In this document: in pieces, positions 30,250 to 40,306 of the stretch
Numbering within the stretch: position 1 is the stretch's first letter
Layout: every line of letters starts with the position of its first letter
DNA from: a virus
Virus record (IMG/VR): IMGVR_UViG_3300012000_000002
Span: 1 to 64,000 of that record
DNA: 64,000 bases
Strand: one strand, 5' to 3'
The notes under the pieces: model-generated
The model's database searches: none
What the model was told of the DNA's origin: nothing
What the model saw: the letters and a program-made list of their open reading frames with translations, nothing else
Position numbers and translations under genes: made by a program

Positions 30250-32670
30250 TTAAAACGATACAATCTGCCCTAATACAATATAAGTGCCAGCATTGTTTAA
30301 AATGCTAAATGTAACAACGTTGTTTCTGCTTGGCGTTCCAATTGGAGTGACGTTTCCTTGCCAGTTAAGAGTTTGTCCTACTCCATCTATTTGTACCGCT
30401 GTTGGCAAATAAGCCGTAGAACTTTGAGAAATAACCATTGTTACGCTAGTAGCGTAAGAAGACGACAAATTTAAGTTTGTGAAGTTTGCGGTCCAGTTAT
30501 TACTTGGACTTGTATGATAGAAGATACTACTTGTAACGCAATCATGTGTGACCGTACCTGTTGCACCAGTTTTCGAAGCAAACGATTCTTTTACTGGTCC
30601 AAAATACGAACTGCCCGCCGCAATTTTTAAGTTTCCTGTATCAGTAAGCTCCAGCAAAGTAGTTGAATATGCGTTGTTAACAACTTGCAAACTTCCGGTA
30701 CCATCCAATCGGAAATACTTGTCACGATTCGTCGCTGTCGAATAATTGTTTGTTGCTTTTAGAAAGTTGAAGTATCCAGCACCACCTCTTGTATCTGTTC
30801 CAGAAACATACAATATTGGTTGTGCGGTATCACTTGTGTTTATCAGAGTTTGACCAACCGCACCACCAAAATATGCAGAACCTGTGAATTGGGAATTACC
30901 TTGAACAAGCAGGTTTCCTGCGGTTGATATGTTACTTGAAGCACTTATACCTTGGGATGCTGTTAGTCGTCCTGTAATTGTGATAACATCACTAGATGCA
31001 TCACCTAGAGTTACGCTTCCACTTACTCCAACAATCCCAGAAACTTGTATGTTTGTTGCCGAAAGAGTATTTGTAGTAGTGTTGAAAGTGAGATCAGCAT
31101 CACCACCAAATGTCCCGTTGTTATTAAATTGAACATATGTGTCGCTACCACCGGGGGTTGTTGCTCCTCCACCTCCTCCTCCAATACCATTATTTCGAAA
31201 CAATCCAGCCTGCAAAATACGAGCTTGAGTGGAACTGTTTAAGTTCGTTGCGTTATAAGCAACAATCAAATATGCAACAAGAATAGCTGCACCAGCAGTA
31301 TTTGCTCCTTCAACAAAGAAATCTGTTGGAATACTGGATTGTGCTGCATCTAAAGTTGCATATTCTGTTGTTCCATAATAAACAAAAAACGCTTTGTTCA
31401 CAGAGTTTGGAAACCAAAATACTCTTTGAATGGTGAACTTACCGGAACCAACGGAGCTTGTGACACCTAAGTTGCCGGGATTGTATTTTCCGGGTTCAAT
31501 ATCTGTGTAACCTAAGTTTCCGTTGTTTAAAATGGTGGGTGTACCAGAAGTGTCGCTATAAATACGGAAAATCTTTGAGGACAGTTGAGCACCTTCTACA
31601 GAGCCAAGAATAAGGTTTGGGCTGTTTGGGTCGGTGGTATAGTTTCTACCCTCAACATATGAATCGCCAGCACTTTTTGTAATAGCCAAAGTTATGCCAG
31701 AACCAGAAGGAGCAAGAGTATGTCCAGATATCTTTAAAGGACCAAATGCACGATTGAAATCTGCATTCCAAGTCGATTGGCCATAAGAAATAAATGGAGA
31801 AGTTATTGTCCCGTTACTGACCGCATTTGATTGATGCAAAATTCTACCAAGCGAAATGTAGTCTTGATAATCAACACCAGAAAAAGGAGATGTGCGTTGA
31901 ACTACTTGACCATTAGTATCAATGCCAACATATGTGATTTGCGCTGAACCACTGTAGTATAATGGTATACTGCTAGACAAAGGCCATGTTATAGTTTTAA
32001 TTGTGGGATATGGATCAGTTGTTGTTGACGCATTGAAGTCTACAATAATACCAGAACCAGATGTTACAGAAAACGTGGTTGTTCCATTTGTAGTAGAAAG
32101 AACACCGCCATGAAGTAGACCTGTTGACAGGTTTCCTTCTATCCAGCGTAAACGTGTTGTGTTGGTATAAGGTCCGCTGTATTGCGTAAAATAAAGGTCG
32201 TTGGTACTCCCAGAAGTATAAATATATGAAGATGTTGTGTTAGTTGGAATACGAAGCGAACCAACTGGTTTTAGCTGGAGATAGTCGTTTGTTCCGATCC
32301 CACCAGAAACAAAGATATCGCCGTTTACAAGCACAGATGATTCTTCTGTTCCTAAATCTGAACGTGAACCAGAAAAAATAATAGAACCACTTGTTGTTAT
32401 ACCAACAGAACTACTAATAATAAGTGGTCCAACTTCGTTAACTATAGTACCGGGACTCCCAGTTAAACGTAAATTTGAAGCTGTAAGATCAGCAAATATA
32501 CCAGAACTACCACTTATTGTTTCTTGCACGGACCATTCATTAGACCCTGTGTTGAAATAAACTAAGTTGCCTGTGTTTAAATCATAACCAGAAACACTTG
32601 CGGTTGTTGGTAAAACTAACTGTTTGTTATCCGATAACGTGCTTAAGATCGCTTTACGTTCTATTGCCAT
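30250..32670 (-). CDS. Tail fibre/structural protein
   Basis: S/G/T-rich; QFNNNGTFGGD motif; phage-fibre-type C-terminal domain. Confidence 0.65.
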   Translation of the reverse strand: MAIERKAILSTLSDNKQLVLPTTASVSGYDLNTGNLVYFNTGSNEWSVQETISGSSGIFADLTASNLRLTGSPGTIVNEVGPLIISSSVGITTSGSIIFSGSRSDLGTEESSVLVNGDIFVSGGIGTNDYLQLKPVGSLRIPTNTTSSYIYTSGSTNDLYFTQYSGPYTNTTRLRWIEGNLSTGLLHGGVLSTTNGTTTFSVTSGSGIIVDFNASTTTDPYPTIKTITWPLSSSIPLYYSGSAQITYVGIDTNGQVVQRTSPFSGVDYQDYISLGRILHQSNAVSNGTITSPFISYGQSTWNADFNRAFGPLKISGHTLAPSGSGITLAITKSAGDSYVEGRNYTTDPNSPNLILGSVEGAQLSSKIFRIYSDTSGTPTILNNGNLGYTDIEPGKYNPGNLGVTSSVGSGKFTIQRVFWFPNSVNKAFFVYYGTTEYATLDAAQSSIPTDFFVEGANTAGAAILVAYLIVAYNATNLNSSTQARILQAGLFRNNGIGGGGGGATTPGGSDTYVQFNNNGTFGGDADLTFNTTTNTLSATNIQVSGIVGVSGSVTLGDASSDVITITGRLTASQGISASSNISTAGNLLVQGNSQFTGSAYFGGAVGQTLINTSDTAQPILYVSGTDTRGGAGYFNFLKATNNYSTATNRDKYFRLDGTGSLQVVNNAYSTTLLELTDTGNLKIAAGSSYFGPVKESFASKTGATGTVTHDCVTSSIFYHTSPSNNWTANFTNLNLSSSYATSVTMVISQSSTAYLPTAVQIDGVGQTLNWQGNVTPIGTPSRNNVVTFSILNNAGTYIVLGQIVSF

Positions 32671-32694
32671 AACGGATATATATCGCTAAAAAAA

Positions 32695-32730
32695 GTTTGC
32701 CGCAATCCTTGTTAAAGAACTGCGGCAAAC
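32695..32730 (-). terminator. Intrinsic terminator
   Basis: GTTTGCCGCA/TGCGGCAAAC 10-bp stem followed by a T-run on the minus strand. Confidence 0.8.
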
Positions 32731-32757
32731 AAAGTTAATAGTTGTTACTAGCTAGAG

Positions 32758-35700
32758 TTAGTAAATAACTTGACCAGAGCTAGATAGAACCATTTTATGA
32801 GTTAGTTTGGCCATCCAATATACGGACCCTGCTCCGCTGAGAGAGCCGGTAACTTCAACGTTGGAACCGTTAACGTTAACATCCCAGCTTGCTCCATCTG
32901 TTCCAACCAATATATTATCAAGTGCCGTTACACCAGCAACGCTAATAACGTTCGATGAAGCTGTCATTGTTACAACCATTTTCCATGAACCAAAATTTAC
33001 TGCTGCATCATCTGTTGCCACAACATTCATGTCAAACAATCCAATCCCATTAGAAGGCATATTATCTACAAGCAAAGAACCGCTTAAAAGTGTATTTGGT
33101 GCTGCTTGTGAAGTTGTTGCATGATTCCATAATGGTACAATGTTAAAGCTATTTATGTTGAATACGTCTGTGATTGCAGCAACAGAGCCCGTAACGTTAA
33201 ATGACCCTGTAACTTCTACTGATCCAGAGTTAACTCTTAATACATCACGACGATTAGATGCGTTTAGCCCATCTCCAATAACAAACAATGAATCTGTATT
33301 GTTTGCTAGATTATACTTTCCAAAAGATGCTTGTGTTGTTGTTGGTGGATTGTCAGTGGGGCCAGAGCCGGAAGCGATTGTATACAAACCCGCAGCCAAA
33401 GAGCCTGCGCCATATGCTTCTGAACCCCAACCTTGGGCATGAGAATAATTACCTCTAGATTTTGTACTGTAACCTTCAGCATGAGAAGCAGGACCAGAAG
33501 CTATTGTATAAGCACCTTCAGAATGAGAACTATCACCAGAAGCTGTTGTGTAAGCACCTTCGGAGTGAGCATTCCCAGCAGAAATGCTGCCCGCTGATGT
33601 TGAATAACCCTCTGCGTGACAATTATATCCAGAAGCTATTGTGGAAACACCTTCGGCGTGAGAAGCGTAACCCGATGCGGTTGTTAAATACCCCTCGGCG
33701 TGAGATTGATCGCCACTTGCCGTTGTTGCCTGACCTTCTGCGTGAGATTGTGGACCGCTTGCTGCTGTTTGATATCCTTCAGAGTGAGAATATATACCAG
33801 AAGCTGTTGTACCATTTCCTTCTGCGTGAGATGACACACCACTAGCGACAGAACTATTTCCTTCGGCATGGGAATAATTTCCTTGAGCGGCTGTAGAATA
33901 ACCTTGAGAATATGCATACAATCCAGTTGCTGTAACAGAAGGTGCGCCATGTCTGACTGAAGTAAGAATAACTGCTGGAATTGAGCTGGACAGTATAAAA
34001 GAACCTGTTATTTCAGCTCCTGTTGAAGCTGACAAGTATGTCATAGCAACAGAACCAGTTGTTGCAATAGAGTTTAAAGCTATTTCGGTAAAGTAGTTAG
34101 TTCCACCACCTGAGCCCGTAATTTCCCATTGACCAAGAGAATTATAATTTGTTGTTATACCAGTACCAGCAACTATAAAAGGGTTACCTGCAACAGTTCC
34201 ACTCAATGAACCAGTTATTCCACCAAGCACTTCAAGAGAACCTGTTACTTGAACAGAACCACTATTAACTCTTAATACGTCATGACGGTTACTATTGTCT
34301 ATTCCGTCTCCAATAACAAACAAAGAATCTGTGTTGTTACTAATGTTAAATTTACCAAGAGCTGCTTGAGTTGTTGTTGGAACTGCTCCATCAGTCGAGC
34401 CAGAGGCTCTGGTCCCTAAACCAGCAGCAAAAGAACCTGTTCCACTTGCTCTAGTGTTATAACCAACTGCGTGTGCATATTCACCATCTGTAGCTGAATA
34501 TAAACCTTCGGCATGAGAATATGGACCAGATGCATTTGTTCCAAAGCCTTCCGCATGTGCTCCTACAGCAGTAGCAGCAGCAAGAAAACCCTCTGCATGA
34601 GAATAAAAACCAGAAGCTGTGGTTAAATTTCCTTCGGCGTGCGATGCTAACCCAACAGCACTCACCGACCCACCATTAGCTAAAGAGCCCGTAATTTCAA
34701 CGATTCCAGTATTAACTCTTAATATGTCATGACGATTAAGTGCGTCTGCACCATCCCCAACAACAAACAAAGAAACGTTATTACTCAATGTGTTGAATGT
34801 GCCAATAGCAGTTTGATAGTTTGCAAAGGCTTCAGTGTTTAAACCACTAGCATGAGAATAGTCTCCAGCAGCCACAGATCCAGAACCTTCTGCATGAGAA
34901 TATTGTCCACTAGCTAGAGTTTCTCTGCCCTCTGCATGAGCACCATCATCAATAGCTTGTGTTGCGTTACCTTCAGCGTGAGAATATAAGGCCGAAGCAG
35001 TTGTACTTACACCTTCAGCATGGGAAGCTTGCCCTGATGCAGTTGTACTTTGTCCCTCTGCATGAGCATATTGTCCAGAAGCTGTTGTTCCAGAACCTTC
35101 GGCATGAGATTCAATTCCAGAAGCAATCCCTCCGCTTCCTTGGATAAAGCTACCTGTTATTGTTCCTCCATTTGAGGAAGATAAAAACGAACTATGTAGA
35201 TTGCCAGATAGATAAAGTGAACCAGAAGCTTCAATTATATTAAGTGTGTTGGAGAAAAAGAAATCATTTCCTCCACCACCGGAACCAGTTATTTCCCATT
35301 GACCTAATGAATTATAATTTGCTGTTATGTTTGGTCCTGCAACAACAAAAGGATTACTAGCTAAAGTACCACTTAATGAACCAGTGATACCACCATTAAC
35401 AATTAAAGAACCTGTTATTTCTGCTCCTGTAGAAGCAGAAAGATATGTTGCTTCAAAAGAACCTGTGGTATTAACAACATTACTACTAGGAGATGTAAAA
35501 AAGTTAGTTGCTGACCCTGAGATTTCCCATTGACCTAATGAGTTATAATTTGCGGTTATGTTTGGCCCACTAACAAGAAAAGGATTGTTAGAAGCATCGA
35601 TATATCGAAGAGAGCCGGTTAAACCGGCAAAAGAGCGAATAGAACCAGAAGCAACAACGTTTCCACCAAAAAGAGATATAGCAGTTGTAGAGCCAGAAAC

Positions 35701-35856
35701 AAAAAGAAAAACATCTGTGCCGATCCCAGTTGTGGAAAAGTTTATGCCACCTTGAAGGTTTGTTGCGCTACTTGATGGATAAACGTAAATTGGAACGGAA
35801 CCAGAAGAGATAATTCTGTTTAATCTTATTTGGTTTGCTCTAAAATCATATGCCAT
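32758..35856 (-). CDS. Long tail fibre with two YadA-like head cassettes
   Basis: Two blocks of SHAEGxxTxASG repeats separated by NPFxVAG...LGQWEITGS linkers. Confidence 0.8.
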   Translation of the reverse strand: MAYDFRANQIRLNRIISSGSVPIYVYPSSSATNLQGGINFSTTGIGTDVFLFVSGSTTAISLFGGNVVASGSIRSFAGLTGSLRYIDASNNPFLVSGPNITANYNSLGQWEISGSATNFFTSPSSNVVNTTGSFEATYLSASTGAEITGSLIVNGGITGSLSGTLASNPFVVAGPNITANYNSLGQWEITGSGGGGNDFFFSNTLNIIEASGSLYLSGNLHSSFLSSSNGGTITGSFIQGSGGIASGIESHAEGSGTTASGQYAHAEGQSTTASGQASHAEGVSTTASALYSHAEGNATQAIDDGAHAEGRETLASGQYSHAEGSGSVAAGDYSHASGLNTEAFANYQTAIGTFNTLSNNVSLFVVGDGADALNRHDILRVNTGIVEITGSLANGGSVSAVGLASHAEGNLTTASGFYSHAEGFLAAATAVGAHAEGFGTNASGPYSHAEGLYSATDGEYAHAVGYNTRASGTGSFAAGLGTRASGSTDGAVPTTTQAALGKFNISNNTDSLFVIGDGIDNSNRHDVLRVNSGSVQVTGSLEVLGGITGSLSGTVAGNPFIVAGTGITTNYNSLGQWEITGSGGGTNYFTEIALNSIATTGSVAMTYLSASTGAEITGSFILSSSIPAVILTSVRHGAPSVTATGLYAYSQGYSTAAQGNYSHAEGNSSVASGVSSHAEGNGTTASGIYSHSEGYQTAASGPQSHAEGQATTASGDQSHAEGYLTTASGYASHAEGVSTIASGYNCHAEGYSTSAGSISAGNAHSEGAYTTASGDSSHSEGAYTIASGPASHAEGYSTKSRGNYSHAQGWGSEAYGAGSLAAGLYTIASGSGPTDNPPTTTQASFGKYNLANNTDSLFVIGDGLNASNRRDVLRVNSGSVEVTGSFNVTGSVAAITDVFNINSFNIVPLWNHATTSQAAPNTLLSGSLLVDNMPSNGIGLFDMNVVATDDAAVNFGSWKMVVTMTASSNVISVAGVTALDNILVGTDGASWDVNVNGSNVEVTGSLSGAGSVYWMAKLTHKMVLSSSGQVIY

Positions 35857-35875
35857 TGTATCATTGCTCCGATTC

Positions 35876-36589
35876 TTAAGGCTTCACTGCAAAATAGTGT
35901 ATAGAGTTATATACTGGTGCAGAGTAAGTTACTTCTGTTGTTGTTAACCCAAATGATCCAGTATCTACAATAGCGACGTTAGCATCTCCGTTGTTGTTAT
36001 CATCAATCGGTGTGAAGAAAACATATGATGGATTTGTTGCTGGTGCTAGTTGTGAATATGTTGCTGTAAATTCAGTGTTGGAACTAGCTGGTATAATACC
36101 AGCAGAAGCTGTGTAGTAGAAAGAGTTACTAACAACAACACGTTCAATAACAACAGGAAATGTTGGAGATACAATAGCTCTATAAACTAACTGCCCACTA
36201 AAAGGGGCAGATAAGTTTGCAACAAATCCTGTTGTTGACAAATTGTTTGCAAAAAATGATATGTTTTCATAACCAGCAGCAGGAAGAACTTCTAGTGTCA
36301 AGTAAGGAATACTTGAAAATCCTCCTGTTAAGTTGAACGTTGCTGATTCTGTATCTGTCCAAAGAAAATCGATTACGTCTTCATCATACTGAGCAACAAT
36401 TGGTGGCGGCGGGGGAGGTATACCTTGGCTAACCGCTTGTTGAAGTTGATAATACGGACTATCAACCGTGACAAGCGTTTCATCAAAGTATTCAACTTTT
36501 CCATCAACAATTGTTGCAACAACCTTTGAAGGTTGCGAACGATTGAGCGAATAAGTTTTCTTTTTCCTATTTGGATTAAAACCAGCCAT
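35876..36589 (-). CDS. Probable virion structural protein
   Basis: Beta-rich 237 aa; heads the fibre operon; TATTTA upstream. Confidence 0.5.
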   Translation of the reverse strand: MAGFNPNRKKKTYSLNRSQPSKVVATIVDGKVEYFDETLVTVDSPYYQLQQAVSQGIPPPPPPIVAQYDEDVIDFLWTDTESATFNLTGGFSSIPYLTLEVLPAAGYENISFFANNLSTTGFVANLSAPFSGQLVYRAIVSPTFPVVIERVVVSNSFYYTASAGIIPASSNTEFTATYSQLAPATNPSYVFFTPIDDNNNGDANVAIVDTGSFGLTTTEVTYSAPVYNSIHYFAVKP

Positions 36590-36632
36590 ATTCTATACTA
36601 GAACTTAAATAGATATGGCTGTCAATATTCAA

Positions 36633-36971
36633 TCACAAACTAGGAAACACATAGCGTTGCAACAACGGAATCAAGTGTGGTCTTTTCGTAGTACAAGTTG
36701 AAAGAATTCTTTTTTGCTTTTCTTCTTTTGGAAGCTTGTTCCAACTGTCAACATAATTGTTTTGCACAATGAAATTAAACAGCTTGTTGTAGTAGTCCCA
36801 AGCTCTTTGCTCATCCGACATATGTTGAACAGGCTCGGAATTTCCAGAATTCATTTCATTAGCAATTGCTTCTACAGCCATACTACCAAAAAATAGCTTG
36901 CCGAAATCTGTCATCTTATAAGAACTAAACGCAAGTGAAAAAGGATTTGGGATTTCTGGGATTTTTAGCAT
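36633..36971 (-). CDS. Hypothetical protein
   Basis: GAGG SD; TGcTATAAT extended -10 upstream. Confidence 0.6.
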   Translation of the reverse strand: MLKIPEIPNPFSLAFSSYKMTDFGKLFFGSMAVEAIANEMNSGNSEPVQHMSDEQRAWDYYNKLFNFIVQNNYVDSWNKLPKEEKQKRILSTCTTKRPHLIPLLQRYVFPSL

Positions 36972-37007
36972 GTTTTACCTCTAAACGATTATAGCACGCA
37001 GTTATGA

Positions 37008-37033
37008 AAAAATAAAAGCTAGCTTTTATTTTT
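37008..37033. repeat. Perfect 26-bp palindrome
   Basis: AAAAATAAAAGCT|AGCTTTTATTTTT. Confidence 0.85.
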
Positions 37034-37050
37034 GATTAAATAGGCAGGTA

Positions 37051-38004
37051 TTACAAAGGTAACAAACGCCACCCTCTTGTGCTTGGTGTCTGACCCTTCA
37101 GAAGTTTCCACAAACATTTCATATTCAATCCATGCTCGTTTGCAAAACCAGTCAAACACTCAATCCTTGTGTAAATCGTTCCGTCAGGAGATAACAACTG
37201 GAATCCTTCGTAAACTTTTGCTGAAGTGCTATTCTTTCCCGCATTCTTCCCTTTGCGACTTACAGATATTTTAGCTTTGACTTCATCAGAAAGTGTTTTG
37301 CCCATATTAGCTTTTCTTATTTTTTCTTTCTTTTCTTCAGAACAAGGAACAGAAGTATATCCGTAAACTCCCTTATTCCAAGGAATGCGATCCTTTAAAG
37401 ATTCTCTCATCTTATTGATAGACTCTTCACTCATATGCTTGCCGTAGTTAGGATGATTCACCCCAGACATCTCGGGCATCTTCATGCCCTTATTCCAGCC
37501 AGCAATCTTCTCAATAGTAGGTCGCAACTTCTCAACATATACTGGATCTTGCCATTTTATTTTTGACTCTTCAGATCGTTGTTTGCGTAACTCTGGATTA
37601 TTTTCAAACCGACGCTTATGAGACTCAGACATTCTTCTTCTTGTCTCTTCTGGATTTTTAAAATCGTGACCTTCTGATGAAGTTGCATTCACTCTAAGAT
37701 TATAACATTTTTCTCCAAAGTCATAATATTCTTTAAGATAGTTTTCCTCTATCAAAAGACGCTCTTCTTTAGTCTTTCCTTCTGTAATTTCCAATACCTC
37801 AAACACAAAAGCCTCTTCTCCACACTTGTTAAAATCAGCTTGAAGAAACTTATTTTGGTGCCTTTGATTGCGAAGAGAAGATGTATGTTGTTTCCATCGA
37901 CGTTTAAACTCTTTGGCAGAACCAACATAGATTCTACCATTTAGTTTATTTGTGATCTTATAAATCCCAGATTTAAGTGAATGGCCTTCGTATTTGTATT
38001 CCAT
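37051..38004 (-). mobile_element. Free-standing GIY-YIG (Seg-like) homing endonuclease with NUMOD3-like repeats
   Basis: SGIYKIT...IYVGSA...RWKQH...EE..YN; basic repeats (SEETRRRMSESHK, GKHMSEE..KMRES). Confidence 0.88.
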
Positions 38005-38013
38005 GAAACGCTA

Positions 38014-38042
38014 CCCTCTCTAATAGTATATAGTAGAGAGGG
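38014..38042 (-). promoter_or_regulatory. RBS-sequestering hairpin with late-promoter-like loop
   Basis: CCCTCTCTA-ctatatactat-TAGAGAGGG, 9 nt before the endonuclease ATG. Confidence 0.7.
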
Positions 38043-38051
38043 GGCATTTAG

Positions 38052-39443
38052 CTAGAGAATCTCAGCAGAAATTGTAGCCAATTGTGACCTTTCACCTTTA
38101 AGGAAGGTAACGTGACCAGAAATCTTTTGTGATTTAAATCTTTCAATTGCGATTGAAAGACCGTTACTTACTGAGTCAACATAAGTGCTATCAATTTGCT
38201 CAAGATCGCCTGTTAGAACAATCTTGGTATTCTCTCCCACACGAGTAAGAATTGTTTTAATCTCGTGTAGGTTGGTGTTTTGAGCTTCATCAACAATGAT
38301 ATAAGCATTAGCAATTGAACGACCACGAATAAACGTCATGGCTTGAACTTCGATAATACCTTCATCGAAATAACTTTGAAGCACTTGTTCGTCAAACTTT
38401 GGCTGTTCCGATATAATCTTCTTTTTTCTTGTGCCTACGTTTGATTCTTTGGGGGGTTCTGAGGCTCCTAAAAGAAAGCGTAGGTTGTCCTTGATCGGAG
38501 CAAGCCAAGGCTCTAGTTTTTCGTTTAAATCGCCGGGAAGGAATCCGATATCTTTTCCTACGGGCATAACTGGACGACAAATAACAAGCGAACGATATTT
38601 GCGTTGGTTCAATACTTGTTCAAGTCCAGCATCGATAGCAAGAAGAGTTTTGCCGCAACCAGATTTACCTGCAAGAGTTACAAGCTTAACTGTATCATCG
38701 AACAAAAGATCACGGGCGAATTCTTGTTCTTTGTTGCGAGGTGAAATCTTGCTTGAGATTTTTCCAAGAGGAAGAACTGGTTCTCCTTTTGTAATAAAAC
38801 GTGCCATTGCAGATTGTTGACCGTTTTTCATGACAACAAACTGATTTGGAAACAATTCGTCTTCAACGTCGCTTGGCAAAAAGAATTGTTCTTCGTTTGA
38901 ATAAAACTGCTTAACGATTACGTCATCACGTTCAATTGTTTTTACTCCAGAGTAAAGACTGTTAACAGATGTTGCAACGTTAAACTTACGATAATCTTCG
39001 CAAGAAATACCAAGTGCTTGAGCTTTTAGACGAAGAATGGTATCTCTTGTAACAAGAACAACTTGTACGTCTGTATGTTTCTCAATGTAGTTTACACAAA
39101 ACTGTGCAATGGTGTTATCACCGCTTTTTTTAGCTTCCATTTCCATTGGAAGTTTATGAGGCACATGTTCTGGAAAGATATCTTCAATTGAAAGAATTCT
39201 TAAAGTTCCTAAATTCTTTCCAAGCGGAATACCTGTTTTGAAATCTTTGTTGATTTTGGTAAGGTCTGCAAGCTTACGAACAACCTCACGGGCATTTCTA
39301 CCAACTTCATCTTGACGATCTTTATGTCTATCGAGTTCTTCTAAAACGATTAAGGGAAGAACAAGATCGTGTTCTTCAAAACCAAACAAACTGTTGCTAT
39401 CTGAAAGTAAAACGTTTGTATCGAGAATATATGTTTTTTTCAT
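38052..39443 (-). CDS. phoH: PIN-domain PhoH-like ATPase
   Basis: YILDTNVLL (PIN), LVTRD, GKSGCGKT, FIRGRSI, IVDEAQN, GDLEQID. Confidence 0.92.
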   Translation of the reverse strand: MKKTYILDTNVLLSDSNSLFGFEEHDLVLPLIVLEELDRHKDRQDEVGRNAREVVRKLADLTKINKDFKTGIPLGKNLGTLRILSIEDIFPEHVPHKLPMEMEAKKSGDNTIAQFCVNYIEKHTDVQVVLVTRDTILRLKAQALGISCEDYRKFNVATSVNSLYSGVKTIERDDVIVKQFYSNEEQFFLPSDVEDELFPNQFVVMKNGQQSAMARFITKGEPVLPLGKISSKISPRNKEQEFARDLLFDDTVKLVTLAGKSGCGKTLLAIDAGLEQVLNQRKYRSLVICRPVMPVGKDIGFLPGDLNEKLEPWLAPIKDNLRFLLGASEPPKESNVGTRKKKIISEQPKFDEQVLQSYFDEGIIEVQAMTFIRGRSIANAYIIVDEAQNTNLHEIKTILTRVGENTKIVLTGDLEQIDSTYVDSVSNGLSIAIERFKSQKISGHVTFLKGERSQLATISAEIL

Positions 39444-39472
39444 ACGTAATCCTAAGTAGGTTAAAAATAAAA

Positions 39473-39498
39473 AAGGGTAGCTGAAAGCAGCTACCCTT
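39473..39498 (-). terminator. Intrinsic terminator after the Hc1-like gene
   Basis: AAGGGTAGCTG-aaag-CAGCTACCCTT followed by a T-run on the minus strand. Confidence 0.85.
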
Positions 39499-39528
39499 TA
39501 CATTATCACTCAATCTGAAAGATATTGT

Positions 39529-39753
39529 TCACTCGGCTTTTGCTGCCTTTTCGCTCTTGCGAGCTTCATCTCCTGCTAGTGTTGCCTTGATAAGTTCTGC
39601 ACCAAGAGCACGAAGCTTGCGAACGCTCTTACGAACACGAACGCCTGCTGATAGATTGCCCTTAGCTGCATTCTTGTGAACGTCTTCTTCAAGTTGCTCT
39701 ACAAGAAGTTTAAACTCTGCCCATACATCTAATGTTAAACGTGATTCACTCAT
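39529..39753 (-). CDS. Histone H1-like Hc1-family nucleoid protein
   Basis: KGNLSAGVRVRKSVRKL aligns by eye to the Hc1 motif KGNKAAAQRVRTESIKL; AGGAG SD. Confidence 0.65.
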   Translation of the reverse strand: MSESRLTLDVWAEFKLLVEQLEEDVHKNAAKGNLSAGVRVRKSVRKLRALGAELIKATLAGDEARKSEKAAKAE

Positions 39754-39812
39754 ATGATTCTCCTTAAGTTTTCATATATAGCGTGTATGTTAAAAAAACG
39801 TTTGTATAGTGC

Positions 39813-40259
39813 TTAACTGCGTTTAGCTAGCTGAAAAAGCAGATTTCCAACAAAAGCAACAACGGACAAAGCCAATGCCCAATAAATGTTTGCTATACGC
39901 TTACGCAGATTTACGAGAGCCGCCAGTTCTTCTAGTTGTTTCCCGGCGATGCTCTCTATCGCCGTTTGAAATTTTTTTAGGTCTTCTACCTCTTCCTTGA
40001 CAGAAGGCAACTCGTCGCACTTCTTGTCTAAATCCTTGATGTTTGTATCAAGTTTGCTTTCAATGACTTTAACACGAGAAAAAAGACCGTTGTTAGGATC
40101 GTATAAAGCTTCAGAAACTTTATCGAGTTTGTGTCCGCTTTTTTCTTGTTCTGTTTGAACGTGTTCGATCATAACACACAATTTTTCAAAACCAGCAGAG
40201 CTGTCACTTGCTTTTTTAAGCAGCAACTCTAACAGTTCTCTCTCACTGCTCGTAGCCAT
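39813..40259 (-). CDS. Coiled-coil protein with C-terminal TM helix
   Basis: Heptad-rich body; hydrophobic C-terminus IYWALALSVVAFVGNLLF; GAGG SD. Confidence 0.6.
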   Translation of the reverse strand: MATSSERELLELLLKKASDSSAGFEKLCVMIEHVQTEQEKSGHKLDKVSEALYDPNNGLFSRVKVIESKLDTNIKDLDKKCDELPSVKEEVEDLKKFQTAIESIAGKQLEELAALVNLRKRIANIYWALALSVVAFVGNLLFQLAKRS

Positions 40260-40306
40260 TGTTGCACCTCTTCTCTATAAATAGTTCTTAAACAAAGGTA
40301 TTTTTA

